Part shown: positions 1 to 12,000 of the stretch, in pieces
How positions within the stretch are numbered: the first letter of the stretch is position 1
How the letters are laid out: each line of letters starts with the position of its first letter
IMG/VR virus record: IMGVR_UViG_3300025070_000012
Span: 62,001-119,238 of that record
DNA: 57,238 nucleotides
Strand: one strand, 5' to 3'
Source of the DNA: an uncultured virus (IMG/VR IMGVR_UViG_3300025070_000012)
Taxonomy: Duplodnaviria; Heunggongvirae; Uroviricota; Caudoviricetes
Position numbers and translations under genes: made by a program
Notes under the pieces: model-generated
Told to the model about the DNA's origin: nothing
What the model saw: the letters and a program-made list of their open reading frames with translations, nothing else
The model's database searches: none

Positions 1-1
1 T

Positions 2-2983
2 TCAAATAATGGTATTCTTGAATTTAACGGAACTATTCTACGTAACATTGGTGCGGCAGAACTCGACAACGATGCGGTTACACTTGGTTATCTGAATGCC
101 CAGTTGTTGGGTGGTGAAGGTATTAGTCTTTCTAATACATTTACTGTTGATGCCAACGTTGACGATAGTACACTTACTATTATTAATGACGTAATCCAAG
201 TCAAAGATCAGGGTATCACAAACCAACAAATCTTTGAACCATTTATCAAACTGACTGGTGAAACAAATCCAGTCATTCCAGAAAGTTTTGTCACTGCAAA
301 CTTGACTTTGTTTGATGGTTCAAACTGGTTGGTGAATGGTTCTCTACGTGATGAAACTTATTCTGCACAATCAGAACCAGAACTAACAATATACATTGGT
401 GACACAGTCAACTTCTCTGTTTCTGGTGCAAACACTATTGCGTTATACATCAAAACCTCAGAAACTGCAGGTAGTGGAGATCAGGCATCTGGTGTAACAA
501 ACCAAGGTGCGACTGGTGGAGAAACACTTACATTCGTTCCAGACACTGTCGGTACATTCTATTACATTGATGGTGCAGACACAAACCGTTCTGGTGTAAT
601 TAATGTTCTACAACAATACACACCAGACGAAAACGTTTATCTTGGTGAGACAATTAACTTTGTCGCTGGTGAGGGTATTAACACAGTAGTATCCAATAAC
701 ACCATTACGATATCTGCAGAACTCGCTACAGAATTTGCATCAAATGATAACAGGGGTGTCGCCGCATTTGTCGATACTGACTTCGTTGTTTCGAATGGTG
801 TTGTTGAACTGGCGAATACTGGTGTGACTGCAGGGACTTATGGTTCTGCCTCTCAAATTCCAGTTCTAGAAATAGATGAACATGGTCTCATTCGTGTTGC
901 AAACACATCTGCAGTTGCAGGCGTGGACAACATGCAGTGGAATACTGCGAACAACACACTTACCACTGAAACTGGTGACGGCTCATCATTCCACACATTC
1001 ATTAATACCTTCGGTGCAAATACATTCTTCTCAGACAATGTTGGGATTACAGGTAGTCTATTTATAGGTGGATTGGTCGACGGACGTGACATTGCACTGG
1101 ATGGTGCAAAACTAGATCTTCTTGAAGATGGTCTTGAACTAACACTTGACGGTAAGGTAACAGGAACTGCCACTTCTAACACAGGAGTGATGACACTTAC
1201 AACTGAACTTGCCAACACTGGTGTGGTTGCAGACACTTATGGTTCATCTACTGAGATTCCAATTATTACAATTGACGAAGACGGTAGAATTACTCTTGCA
1301 AACACTGCTGCTGTTGCAGGGGTTGACTCGTTCTCATACGAACCTGCAAACAATACAATCACTCTGGTTACTGGTGATGGATCTGAATTCCATCTTCAAA
1401 CACAGACAACTGTAACACTTGGTGGTGATGTAACTGGTACTGCAACGTCTTCGAATGGTAGTGTAGAAATTACTACAGACATATCGACTACTGGTGTTGT
1501 TGCAGGGGTTTACGGTACTGCATCTCAGATTCCTGTGGTTACAGTCGCTGCGGATGGTCGTATCACATCTATGTCCAACACTGCAGTGGCGGGTGTTGAA
1601 GACTTCTTCTATTCATCTGGAAACAATACTCTACACTTGGAGACAGGTGATGGTTCTGAGTTCCTCGCAAGAATTGATCTGTTCGGTGAAACAATCGACG
1701 GTGATGTATCATTCAATGGTGACATGTCTGTTAATGGCGACATTACTGCTACAGGAAATGTTTCGGTTGGAGAGACACTCACAGTTAATGGAACTGAAGT
1801 ACTCGTAACAAATACAGAAATCCTAGAGGGTATTAAAACAGTTGATGGTGCAGGTTCATCACTTGATGCAGACTTACTTGACGGACTTCATGCATCAGAC
1901 ATCTTGGCACAGGCTGCAAACACTGCAACTGGAAGTATCGGTAACGGTACAATTGATATTGATACTGGTGATGGTCTGGATGGTAGTGGTACATTTAACC
2001 TAAATGATTTCACAAATACATCCATTACATTTGCACATAGTAATACTTCTGGTGTGGTTGATGTTTCTCTAAACCAAGGGCGTGTTCTTACTGGTTTAAC
2101 GTTTGACCAGTTCGGTCATGTACAAACACATACAAATGCAAATCTTGACGATAGATATTATACAGAAACTGAACTTGACAATGGTGCACTAGACTCTTTG
2201 TACTTCAATGTAACAGGTGACACTGTAACTGGCAACAGCGTATTTGAAGAAAATGTTGACATAGATGGTAACCTTGTTGTAGATGGTACAATAAATCGTG
2301 ATCCTCGCATTACCCTCAATGGTTTTGTTAATGGTTTCACAGATCTGGTAAACCTCGCAAACGGTTCGATGACTACATCTACTGACACAGAGATCCTCGT
2401 TGGTGATGGTCTAACAGGTGGTGGGTCTATCAATGCGAACGTTACTATTTCTCATGCAGATACTTCCTCAGTAGCGAACGTTGCAGGTGTCGCAGAGAAA
2501 GAAGTTCTTAACGAGATCTCATTCGACGAGTTCGGACACGTAGTCGCTGCAAATACAAAAACACTTGAATTCATTTCTCAGACAGAGGCGGATGCAAGAT
2601 ACGTAAATGAAGATGGGGATGTAATGACAGGGAACCTAGAGGTTCAGGCTGTCATCTCTCAAGAACATTCTGCATTCTTTAACGCAACACTCACGACAAC
2701 TGCAACCAGTTCACAAATATTGTTTTCATTTGATGAAACAGCATATTGTGGCGGTGAAGTTGTTATCACTGCAACTCGTGGTATAAATAGACATATCACA
2801 AAGATGATGATTGCGCACAATGGTACAACTCTGAATGCAACTGAGTTTGCAACAGTAACTACCAGTGTAGAATTCGCTGATTACGATGTATTACTTCAAA
2901 GTGGTGAAGGTAGAATTTACTGTACCCCAGATGCGACAACGTCAACTGAATTTAAAGTATTTGCTACACTGATAAAAGCATAG
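2..2983 (+). CDS. Virion structural / tail-fibre-type protein, 5'-truncated by the window edge
   Basis: Frame is open from base 2 (SNNGILEFNG...). G/T/N/D-rich. Three copies of a TGVxAxTYGSxxxIPVxxxxxxGxxxxxxxxAVAGV-type repeat and an LDADLLDG motif typical of myophage fibre proteins. Confidence 0.7.
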   Translation, partial: SNNGILEFNGTILRNIGAAELDNDAVTLGYLNAQLLGGEGISLSNTFTVDANVDDSTLTIINDVIQVKDQGITNQQIFEPFIKLTGETNPVIPESFVTANLTLFDGSNWLVNGSLRDETYSAQSEPELTIYIGDTVNFSVSGANTIALYIKTSETAGSGDQASGVTNQGATGGETLTFVPDTVGTFYYIDGADTNRSGVINVLQQYTPDENVYLGETINFVAGEGINTVVSNNTITISAELATEFASNDNRGVAAFVDTDFVVSNGVVELANTGVTAGTYGSASQIPVLEIDEHGLIRVANTSAVAGVDNMQWNTANNTLTTETGDGSSFHTFINTFGANTFFSDNVGITGSLFIGGLVDGRDIALDGAKLDLLEDGLELTLDGKVTGTATSNTGVMTLTTELANTGVVADTYGSSTEIPIITIDEDGRITLANTAAVAGVDSFSYEPANNTITLVTGDGSEFHLQTQTTVTLGGDVTGTATSSNGSVEITTDISTTGVVAGVYGTASQIPVVTVAADGRITSMSNTAVAGVEDFFYSSGNNTLHLETGDGSEFLARIDLFGETIDGDVSFNGDMSVNGDITATGNVSVGETLTVNGTEVLVTNTEILEGIKTVDGAGSSLDADLLDGLHASDILAQAANTATGSIGNGTIDIDTGDGLDGSGTFNLNDFTNTSITFAHSNTSGVVDVSLNQGRVLTGLTFDQFGHVQTHTNANLDDRYYTETELDNGALDSLYFNVTGDTVTGNSVFEENVDIDGNLVVDGTINRDPRITLNGFVNGFTDLVNLANGSMTTSTDTEILVGDGLTGGGSINANVTISHADTSSVANVAGVAEKEVLNEISFDEFGHVVAANTKTLEFISQTEADARYVNEDGDVMTGNLEVQAVISQEHSAFFNATLTTTATSSQILFSFDETAYCGGEVVITATRGINRHITKMMIAHNGTTLNATEFATVTTSVEFADYDVLLQSGEGRIYCTPDATTSTEFKVFATLIKA
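806..1605 (+). repeat. Three dispersed copies of a roughly 70-aa fibre repeat
   Basis: Protein-level repeats starting near 806, 1205 and 1480 (NTGVTAGTYGSASQIPV / NTGVVADTYGSSTEIPI / TTGVVAGVYGTASQIPV). Confidence 0.8.
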
Positions 2984-3022
2984 TAAAGAAAATAATGCCT
3001 AATTCTGGGGAGAGTGAACCGA

Positions 3023-6000
3023 ATGGCAAACGATAAGAAATTTATAGTCAAAAACGGCCTTGAGACTGAAGGCGATGTACTCATTGGTGGTGTAACTGAT
3101 GATGGTATCAGTAAACTTCAGACTGAAGGTGCGGTAAAATTTACTGCTACTTTCCCATCCTATCCAACACTTCATGTTATTAATAACACTGGAACTGCAG
3201 ATTCTCCAATCGTAGAATTTGAAGGCCCTTCTGGTGCACTCTCCATTCGTAACATTGACACAAATGATTTTGGGATCTTCAACGGAACGCAGGCAGCTGG
3301 TAGTGGTATAGAGTTCCACCAAGGTGGCGCAGGGAATGGTGAACTCATTCTCAAACGTGCAGGCAGTGAAGTACTATCTTTCTCAAATGGTAACACATCT
3401 TTCACTGGTTTGTCAACCACTAATATCGAAGGTCGTCGTATTATTACCACAGACGATCAGGCAAGTCAAGGGGGTTCTTTCGACGCCGCAACACTCGACG
3501 GTTTAGATTCAACTCAATTCGTACGTTCTGATGAAAATGATACGATGGATGGTTCTTATATCATCACAGGTAACTTGACTGTACAAGGCGTAACTACATC
3601 AATTAATTCAGAAGTCGTAACGATTGCAGATAATATTCTACAGTTGAATAGTAATGTTACAGGCGCACCTACAGAAAATTCTGGTATTGAGATTGTACGT
3701 GGCACATCCGATAATGTTTCTTTAATTTGGAATGAAACATCTGATTGGTGGTCAGTAGGAACCTATTCCTTTGAGTCAGACGAAATAAGATCCACAGACG
3801 GAAGTGATCTATCTCTTCGTGCTGCATCCTCTTCATCGGCGAATGTTAATATCACTGCAGGGTTTGGTAGTAACTATATTGGTTTGAAATCAGTATTTAC
3901 TGGTTCTGAAGGATATGGTGAGGTTCTTTACGGAAACGATGCAAAACTTCAGGCGGTTACAGACGGTATATTAATTGGTGAAAACCTAGACGTTAATGGT
4001 GACATTACAGTAGGTGATAACTCCAACGCTGCACAAATTAACTTTGACGGTGTGGGAATTAATAGAACAATATATTCCAACAACGGCGAAATCGGTTTCC
4101 TTAAAGGTAACCTAAACTACGGTGCATATTTAAATACAAATGAAGACTGGATCGTTGCTGGTAATAACGAAGTACAGGGAAATATAGTTTCAGAAGGCGA
4201 CATCACTGCGAAAGATGATATCTTTGCGGATGGTGACATCACTTCAAACAATAATATTACTGCGACTAACGGAAACATTACTGCATCAGCAGGTGCGGTA
4301 ACTGCACAAACAAGTGTAACTGCAATCACAGGAAACGTTACTGCTGCGGCAGGAAACGTTACTGCAGGTAACGATGTCACAGCGGCAAATGATGTGACTG
4401 CACTCGCAGGTGATGTGACTGCAGGTCAAGACGTTATTGCAACAAGAGATATCACTGCAGGTAGAAATGCGGCGATTACAGGTGATTTAACCGCAAATAA
4501 TGCGTACATTACCAATGATTTGACTGCTGACGATATTATATCTCAGACTATCAACGCCAACAGTGCAATCATTGGTGACATCACTGCGAATAATATTACT
4601 GCAGATCAGGATATCCGTTCTGGTCGTTTCGTTGATAACGATGATGACACTTACTACTTCGATGGTGATAAGACAACTGTTGCAAATACTATTGGTATTG
4701 ATACTGAGTTGTTCCACAATGGAGATACAGATACAAAACTTAGATTCGAAACGGATCAAGTAGATTTTTACGCTGGATCAAACACACCAAAACTAAGAGT
4801 TGAAAATACTAAAGTAACATCTGTTGAAATTCACGCACCACTCTATTATGATAGTGATGATACCAACTACTATTTGAATCCAGCTGCAAGTTCCGTATTG
4901 TCGAATATTTACATCGATGATTATATCTTGCACAATGGTGACGCTGACACTTACTTTGGATTTAGTGCAGATGATCAGTTTAGAGTTACAACAGGCAACA
5001 ACCTTGGATTCTTAGTTACAAATTCGGTTGTTCGTGCATATAACGAAATGCGTGCTCCATCCTTTAAAGGAGAATTGGGCGGTACTACAAACTTCTTAGA
5101 TTTTGAAAGTAACACATCAGGAGCCGCATCTCTTGCAGTATCTGGTGTTATTCAAGTAGGTAACACATCCGATTACGATAGAATGGATGACACTACTGGG
5201 ACTGGTGGTGTTACTATCAACCCAGCTGGCGGTATACAAGTTGCTCAGTCAGGTGTTACAGGTACTGAGGCTAACAAACCATCTCTTGGTTTAAATAGAA
5301 TTAGTATGGGGTTCAACCCATTTGCTGCAAGTAACAGATTTATAACATTTGCGGCAACTGCAACCAATGGTCAACATGTAGCGGGTGATAGTGCAGGTAA
5401 TCTAAACTTCATTCCAGACCAAGACACAACTGCAATCAAATTCTGGAACTCTAGTGCAGATAACGTATTCACAATTAATCATGGTGGAGATGTTGTTGTT
5501 GGTGGTGAAACTGCGTCATACGCTTCGTCTGATGCAACTGCATCTGTTGGTGCTATCAATGCAAATAAACTTCACGTACAAGGTTCTATTCAGTTAAACC
5601 GTGATGATGATGCAATTGTCCTTGGACGTAGTACTTCAGGTTTCTTAAAGAATAACGAACTTAAGTTTGGTCTTGGTGGTGGTTTCTATCAGGCTGCGGC
5701 GGCAACTATCACAGTTCATGGTGGGAAAGATCTTGCAACCACTGGAGACATGTATGCAGGTCGTTTCTATGATGATGACGATAATAACTATTACATTGAC
5801 GCTGCAGGTGATTCGCAACTCAATACAATAGATATTGATGACTCTATCAGACATCGTGGAGACTTAACAACTCTTATTGGTTTCCCTAATGCGGATCAGT
5901 TTGAAGTTAAAACAAATAATGTTCAACGTTTGTTGGTAGAGAATAGTAAAGCGACATTCTCAATTCCAGTATATGCACCACGTTATTACGATTCACAAAA

Positions 6001-9000
6001 CAATTCATATTACGTAGATCCAGCTTCTACGTCTATCATGAACCGTATTGACCTTGATGACTTTATTCGTCACAATGGTGATACAAATACTTACTTTGGA
6101 TTCAGCGCTGCAGATACTTTCCGTATCTTCACAGGTGGTTCTCAAAGAGTTAACGTAGACAATAACTCAGTAGACTTCTCAGTTAATGATACTGGTACAA
6201 ACGCATATCGTAATATCTACTATGACAATAACGACACTGCATTCTACATTGATGGTAACTCTGAGTCAAGATTGAATACTCTTCGTCTGAGAAAGACAGG
6301 AGATCCAGCTAATGACTTTAATGCGCTTTGGATTGATAACGGTACTGGTGCAACTGGTGACATTGATACACCTGAGTCTTGGGTTAACTTCCAGTTTGAA
6401 GACAGTAATGCAAACTTTAAACCACAAGTTCGTATCGGTGCGACAACTGGTTACAACGATGGTACTTCTTCAGACACGCAAGACAAAGAAGGTTCTGGTA
6501 ACTTCATCGTTCAGACTGCAGAAGGTACTGGTGGCGCAGGCGCAGGTGCACTCGCAACAACATTCTATGTAAACTATCGTGGTGACGCATACGCAAAACG
6601 ATCTATGAGATCACCGATCTTCTATGATCAAGACAACGACAGTTTCTTTGGTAACTTCGCTAGTGAATCTAGAATGGCAACCATCAAACTTGATGATGGT
6701 GTGGTTCTAAGATCACCAAATGGTACTTACGGTTCGTTTGCAATTGATGGACAGGCACGTGGTGGTTGGGAAGGTTTCTCAATCGGTGATCGTTCTGTAT
6801 TCATGCATGACAATGCAAATAGAACTGGTCTTTTCAACGATGTGGATGATCAATGGTTCTTGTACGCTGACAGACAGAACTCATTGCGTTTCATGTACAA
6901 CGGTGTAGAACAAGCACGTACAGAAAACGGTTACTTCCTTGCGAATAACCAAATGCATTCACCAATCTATTATGACTCAAATAATACTTCATTCTACTTA
7001 GATCCAGCTTCTACATCTATTACAAATACGATGAGGGCAAATAGATACCAAGTAGAAGGTTCGACATATTACATTGATGTTGCATCAGGAGATTATGGTT
7101 CGATTAGAGTTGAAGGTGCGAAGAATGGTTGGGCGGGTTATGCAATCCGTGACGACTGGGTCTTCATGGCGAATGGGCCATCTGAAGCAGGTATCTACAA
7201 CGACACCAACAACGAATGGGCAATCAAGTTCTTCCAGAACAATCGTGCAGAAATTATGTACAATGGTGGGATTCAGGCACGAACACAGTCAAATCACTTT
7301 GACATGATCAATCAGGCACGTGCGCCAATTTACTACGATAGAAATAATACTGGTTATTACGGAGACTTTGCATCTCATTCACGTATGAACAGTGTGTCGT
7401 TTGGTAACCAAGGTGCGATTGCAAACAGCACTTATGCAATGTCTGCATATCACAACAACAGATACTTGTTGGGATTACGTTATAGTGGTGCAAATAGTGA
7501 CTATCCTTGGATTGTACATGATAACTGGAATGGTTATGATGGCACAAATAGATCATCATTCATCATTCACTTTAATGGTGTTGCAGATAGATTCCATTTC
7601 GATAGTCAAGGTAACTTCAAAGCAGCTAAATCTGTAACTGCACCAGAGATCAACCTCAACGGTGGTAATGGTAACCTCAACCTTTCACCTGCATATGGTT
7701 CTGGTGTGGCAGATAGTGTTCTCTTTGATGCTACAGAATATTTTGACAAACGAGTTATTAATCCACTTGCACCAAACGAAAATAGTTTAACAACGACTAC
7801 ATCAGAATTTGTTCGTGCAACGACTGGCCCATTTGCAGGTTCTTACGTTCTACAAACTTCTGCAAATCGTGACTTTTACACTGCATACATGCCTGTTGAA
7901 CCAGGCGAAGAACTTTACGGTGAAATGTCTGTTCGTCGTATCTCTGGTTCTGGTGGTGTTGTTTACTATGGTATTGAACGTTATGATCAAAACTTATCAC
8001 CGATTGCAAGTAACTCAGGTACAACTTACTTCGTAGTAAGTGGTGCAAACCAAACAAGTACCTCTTGGCAAACATATAGAGGATACACAACAATCCCATC
8101 GAACTGTTATTACGTTCGTATTCGTGTATTGATGAACTACTCCAGTGGTGGTGCGTTGCGTCAATATGCAGGGATCATGTTGAAACGTTCAAACTATCAT
8201 GGACGTTTACGTGGTGATGATATCATCGTATCAGGTGACGTAACTGCAGATCGTTACTATGACAATAACAACACAGCTTTCTATCTTGATCCGGCATCAA
8301 CATCTATTCTAAATGATGTTCGTGGTTCGATCTTCTATGATCGTGATAACACAAGCTATTATGTGAATCCAGCTTCGACATCACGTATTGCGAACATTGA
8401 CATTGCACCTACTTTGTCAAATGGTCAAGCACGTATTCGTTCCATTATGTCAGGAGGTTATCCTGCACTTGAATTTAGTGACAGTGCGCCAGGCAACTCT
8501 TCTGGTGATCAACACTTTGTTTGGGGTGCAAATGATGTAAACGTTGGTCGTATGGAACTTCGATTTAGAGGTGGTACTGCGTTTGGTAGTGCATGGTACA
8601 ATGAAGGTACAGTTCTTGCCAGCTTTATTGGTGACAACAACGCAGTTGAATTCCCACAATCTGCAGGTGTTAGAACACCAATCTTATACGACTACAATAA
8701 CACATCTTACTATGTAGATCCAGCGTCGACTTCACGTATGGTTCATATGCGATTGAGTTCTGGTGATTCGTATTTGAAAATTGGTTCAAACGCTGCAACG
8801 CAGACAACACGTGATACTAACAGACCACAGATTGAAATTGGTGCAAACAATGCATACCCACACTTCACTCTAAGTTCTTGGGGCACAAACACGACTCACG
8901 GTGGTGTTATGTCGTTCCGTTCAAGACTAAACTCTTCGAACAACGTTCGTCGTTGGAACATTGGTACTGCAAACTATCAGGCGAACTCTATTCAGATTGG

Positions 9001-12000
9001 TTACTTCGATAACCAAGAAAACCCACACTACGGTGTTGGTGTCAACGGATGGACTTATGACAGTTACTCACGTTTTGTAATCTACACAGGTTACTCTGAA
9101 GCACGTGGATCTATGCGGGCTCCTATCTTCTATGATGTGAACAACACTGGATACTACGGTGACTTTGCATCCACTTCACGTATGAATGCTATTAACTATA
9201 ATAACATCTATGCGATTAGTGGTGGTGTTGCACATTTCTATACAAGTTCAGGTAGTTTGCGTGGTTACATTCAGGCGACTGAATCAAATGATGCACACCT
9301 TAAAATTGCTACATCGGGCGGTGAGGATATTCAATTCCTTGACGGCGGTCTAGGTGGTCAGTGGAATATGATCATTCGTGGTGATGGTGATGTTCTTACA
9401 AATAGAAACCATTATGCACAAATTTTCTATGACAGAAATAACTCAGGTTATTACCTTAACCCGAATGGTACGTCTCGTCTGGGTACAGTTCGTGTTGATA
9501 GAATCGACATGGCTGATCGTGGTGACTTCATCACATTCTATGGAGACGATTCAACATATCACAGTATTTCATCTAGAGATAATGGTGGTGGTGTAACTGA
9601 TGATTTGAGATTCAACTCTTATCACGATATCTTCTTTAACCTAGACTCGAACAATAATAACAGTTCTGGTACAACAGGTTTCTATGTTGGTCAACACGGT
9701 GCTGCCACTGGTAGTATCGCAGGTTGGTACTTCCAAGCAATGGCAGATGGTAACTCTTACGCATCAAGTTCATTCAGAGCACCGATCTTCTATGACAGAA
9801 ATAACACAGGTTACTATGCAGACCCTGCGTCAACCTCACGCTTTAACACACTACGTACCAACAGACTGTATACAGGTTATGATAGTAGTACTGACGATTA
9901 CCTAGATTACCCAACAAGCGATTATGGTTCGGTACAGGTTAACGGTGGCGGTAAGAATGGTTGGGAAGGTTACAACATTGCTGGCCGTTACAACTTCATG
10001 TCTGCAGATAATAACCAAGTTGGTATCTACAACGATATTGACAATGAGTGGATGTGGTATGGTGAACGTAATGGTCGCACATACTTCTACTACAATGGTC
10101 GTTGGGAAGCACGTACAGATTCTGGATACTTCCGTGCAGAACGTCAAATGCGAGCACCAATTTATTATGACTTGAATAACACAGGTTATTACGGTGATTT
10201 TGCTGGCACATCTGTATTCAACACTGTTAACTTTAACGGTAAGGCCTTCTTTAAAGCACGTCAAAACGACTCTGCAGGGTCTCACTCTTCATATGACGTT
10301 ACAGGTACTGACTATCTAAACAACGTTGCCGCAGAATTCTGGTCAGGTAACGATGCACCTGTAACAATCTACTTCCGTTCTGGTGTCAACGCACCATCTG
10401 ATCACGGTTACATCACGTTTGACCCAGACTTCAACAACACTGGTGAAAACGCTGCAATGGTCATCGGTGTTGACAACGATGGTACAGGATCTTCTGACTA
10501 CATCCGACTACAAGGTCGTGTAGAACTTCACTCAAACCTTTCTTCTTCTGATAACTCAGAGATGCAGGGTTGGTGGTATCAGACTACAAAGTATGCTCGT
10601 CTAAACACAGACTACTTTGACCACATTTCTGATATTCGTTCGCCTATCTTCTACGATAGGAACAATACTGGGTATTATGCAGACCCTGCATCGACTTCAC
10701 GTTTCAATACTCTGCGTACAAACCGTTTGTATTTTGCGTATGACAATGACACAGACGTATATTTTGACTATCCAACAGGTAACTATGGTTCAGTACAGGT
10801 TAACGGTAGTGGACGAGGTGATTGGGAAGGTTATTCGATCAGAGGTGAATACGTCTTCATGTCTGCAGATAGTGGTCAGGTTGGTATTTACAATGATGTC
10901 GATAATGAGTGGATGTTGTATGCAAATAGAAACTCACACCTCTATCAGTACTATAATGGACGTTGGGAAACACGTACAGAAAATGGTTGGTTCAGAGTTG
11001 AACGTTCTTCACGTTCTCCAATCTTCTATGATCTAAACAACACTGGTTATTACTTTAACGGTGCCTCAACTTCACGTTCTAACTATCATAGACTTAACAA
11101 CGCCTATGACTCTCAGGAACGTCGATTCTTTGCACCAGATGGTGGTACATATACTACTTCATCTTCAAGTGTCAATGGTGCATGTACTATTTACTTGCCA
11201 ACTAACAGACGTGGTGGTAACACCATGTTGCACTTCACTGTTAATATCTACGAATACAATACTGGTCGTATGACTCAGTTTAGAATTGGTGGTTATGCAT
11301 ATTCAAGTGGTCGTTGGACAAACGTTTCTGCAACACAAATCAGTGATTCAGATGACGCACCATATATTGTAAGGTTCTGTGATGACGGTTCTCGTCATAT
11401 GGTTTGTATTGGTTCAACAGGTGACAACTGGACATATCCACAGGTTCAAGTTGTTGATGTTCACACTGGTTATAGTAGTTTCTCTACAAACTGGGGTTCT
11501 GGTTGGTCAGTTGGTTTCCGTACAACTAACTATGGTACTCAGCGTACAACTCGTACTGCATCTTATATGTTGGGTACAAACAATAGAACTAATTGGAACA
11601 CAGATCTTCGTGCGACAATCTTCTATGATAGAAACAACACTGCTTACTATGTAGATCCAGCGTCGACTTCTCGTCTCGCAAACATCACTGCGAACTTCAT
11701 TCAGTGGGACAATGGATTTGACATCTATGATGATGATGCTGACACTATCAGTCTTCGTTCCAACAACTCTGACCACGGTGAACTTATCTTTAGAGATAGT
11801 AACTCTACCGCTTGTGGACGTATCTACTGGGATGACGATGGACAACACTTTGGTTTGAAACATGCGAACAATGAATGGGCAGTTTACATGTATGAGAACT
11901 CTTATACCTACCTATACTATAATGGTAGATGGGAGGCTCGTGCAGACTCAGGTTACTGGCGTGCAGAGAGATCATCACGTGCACCTCTGTTCTATGATCT

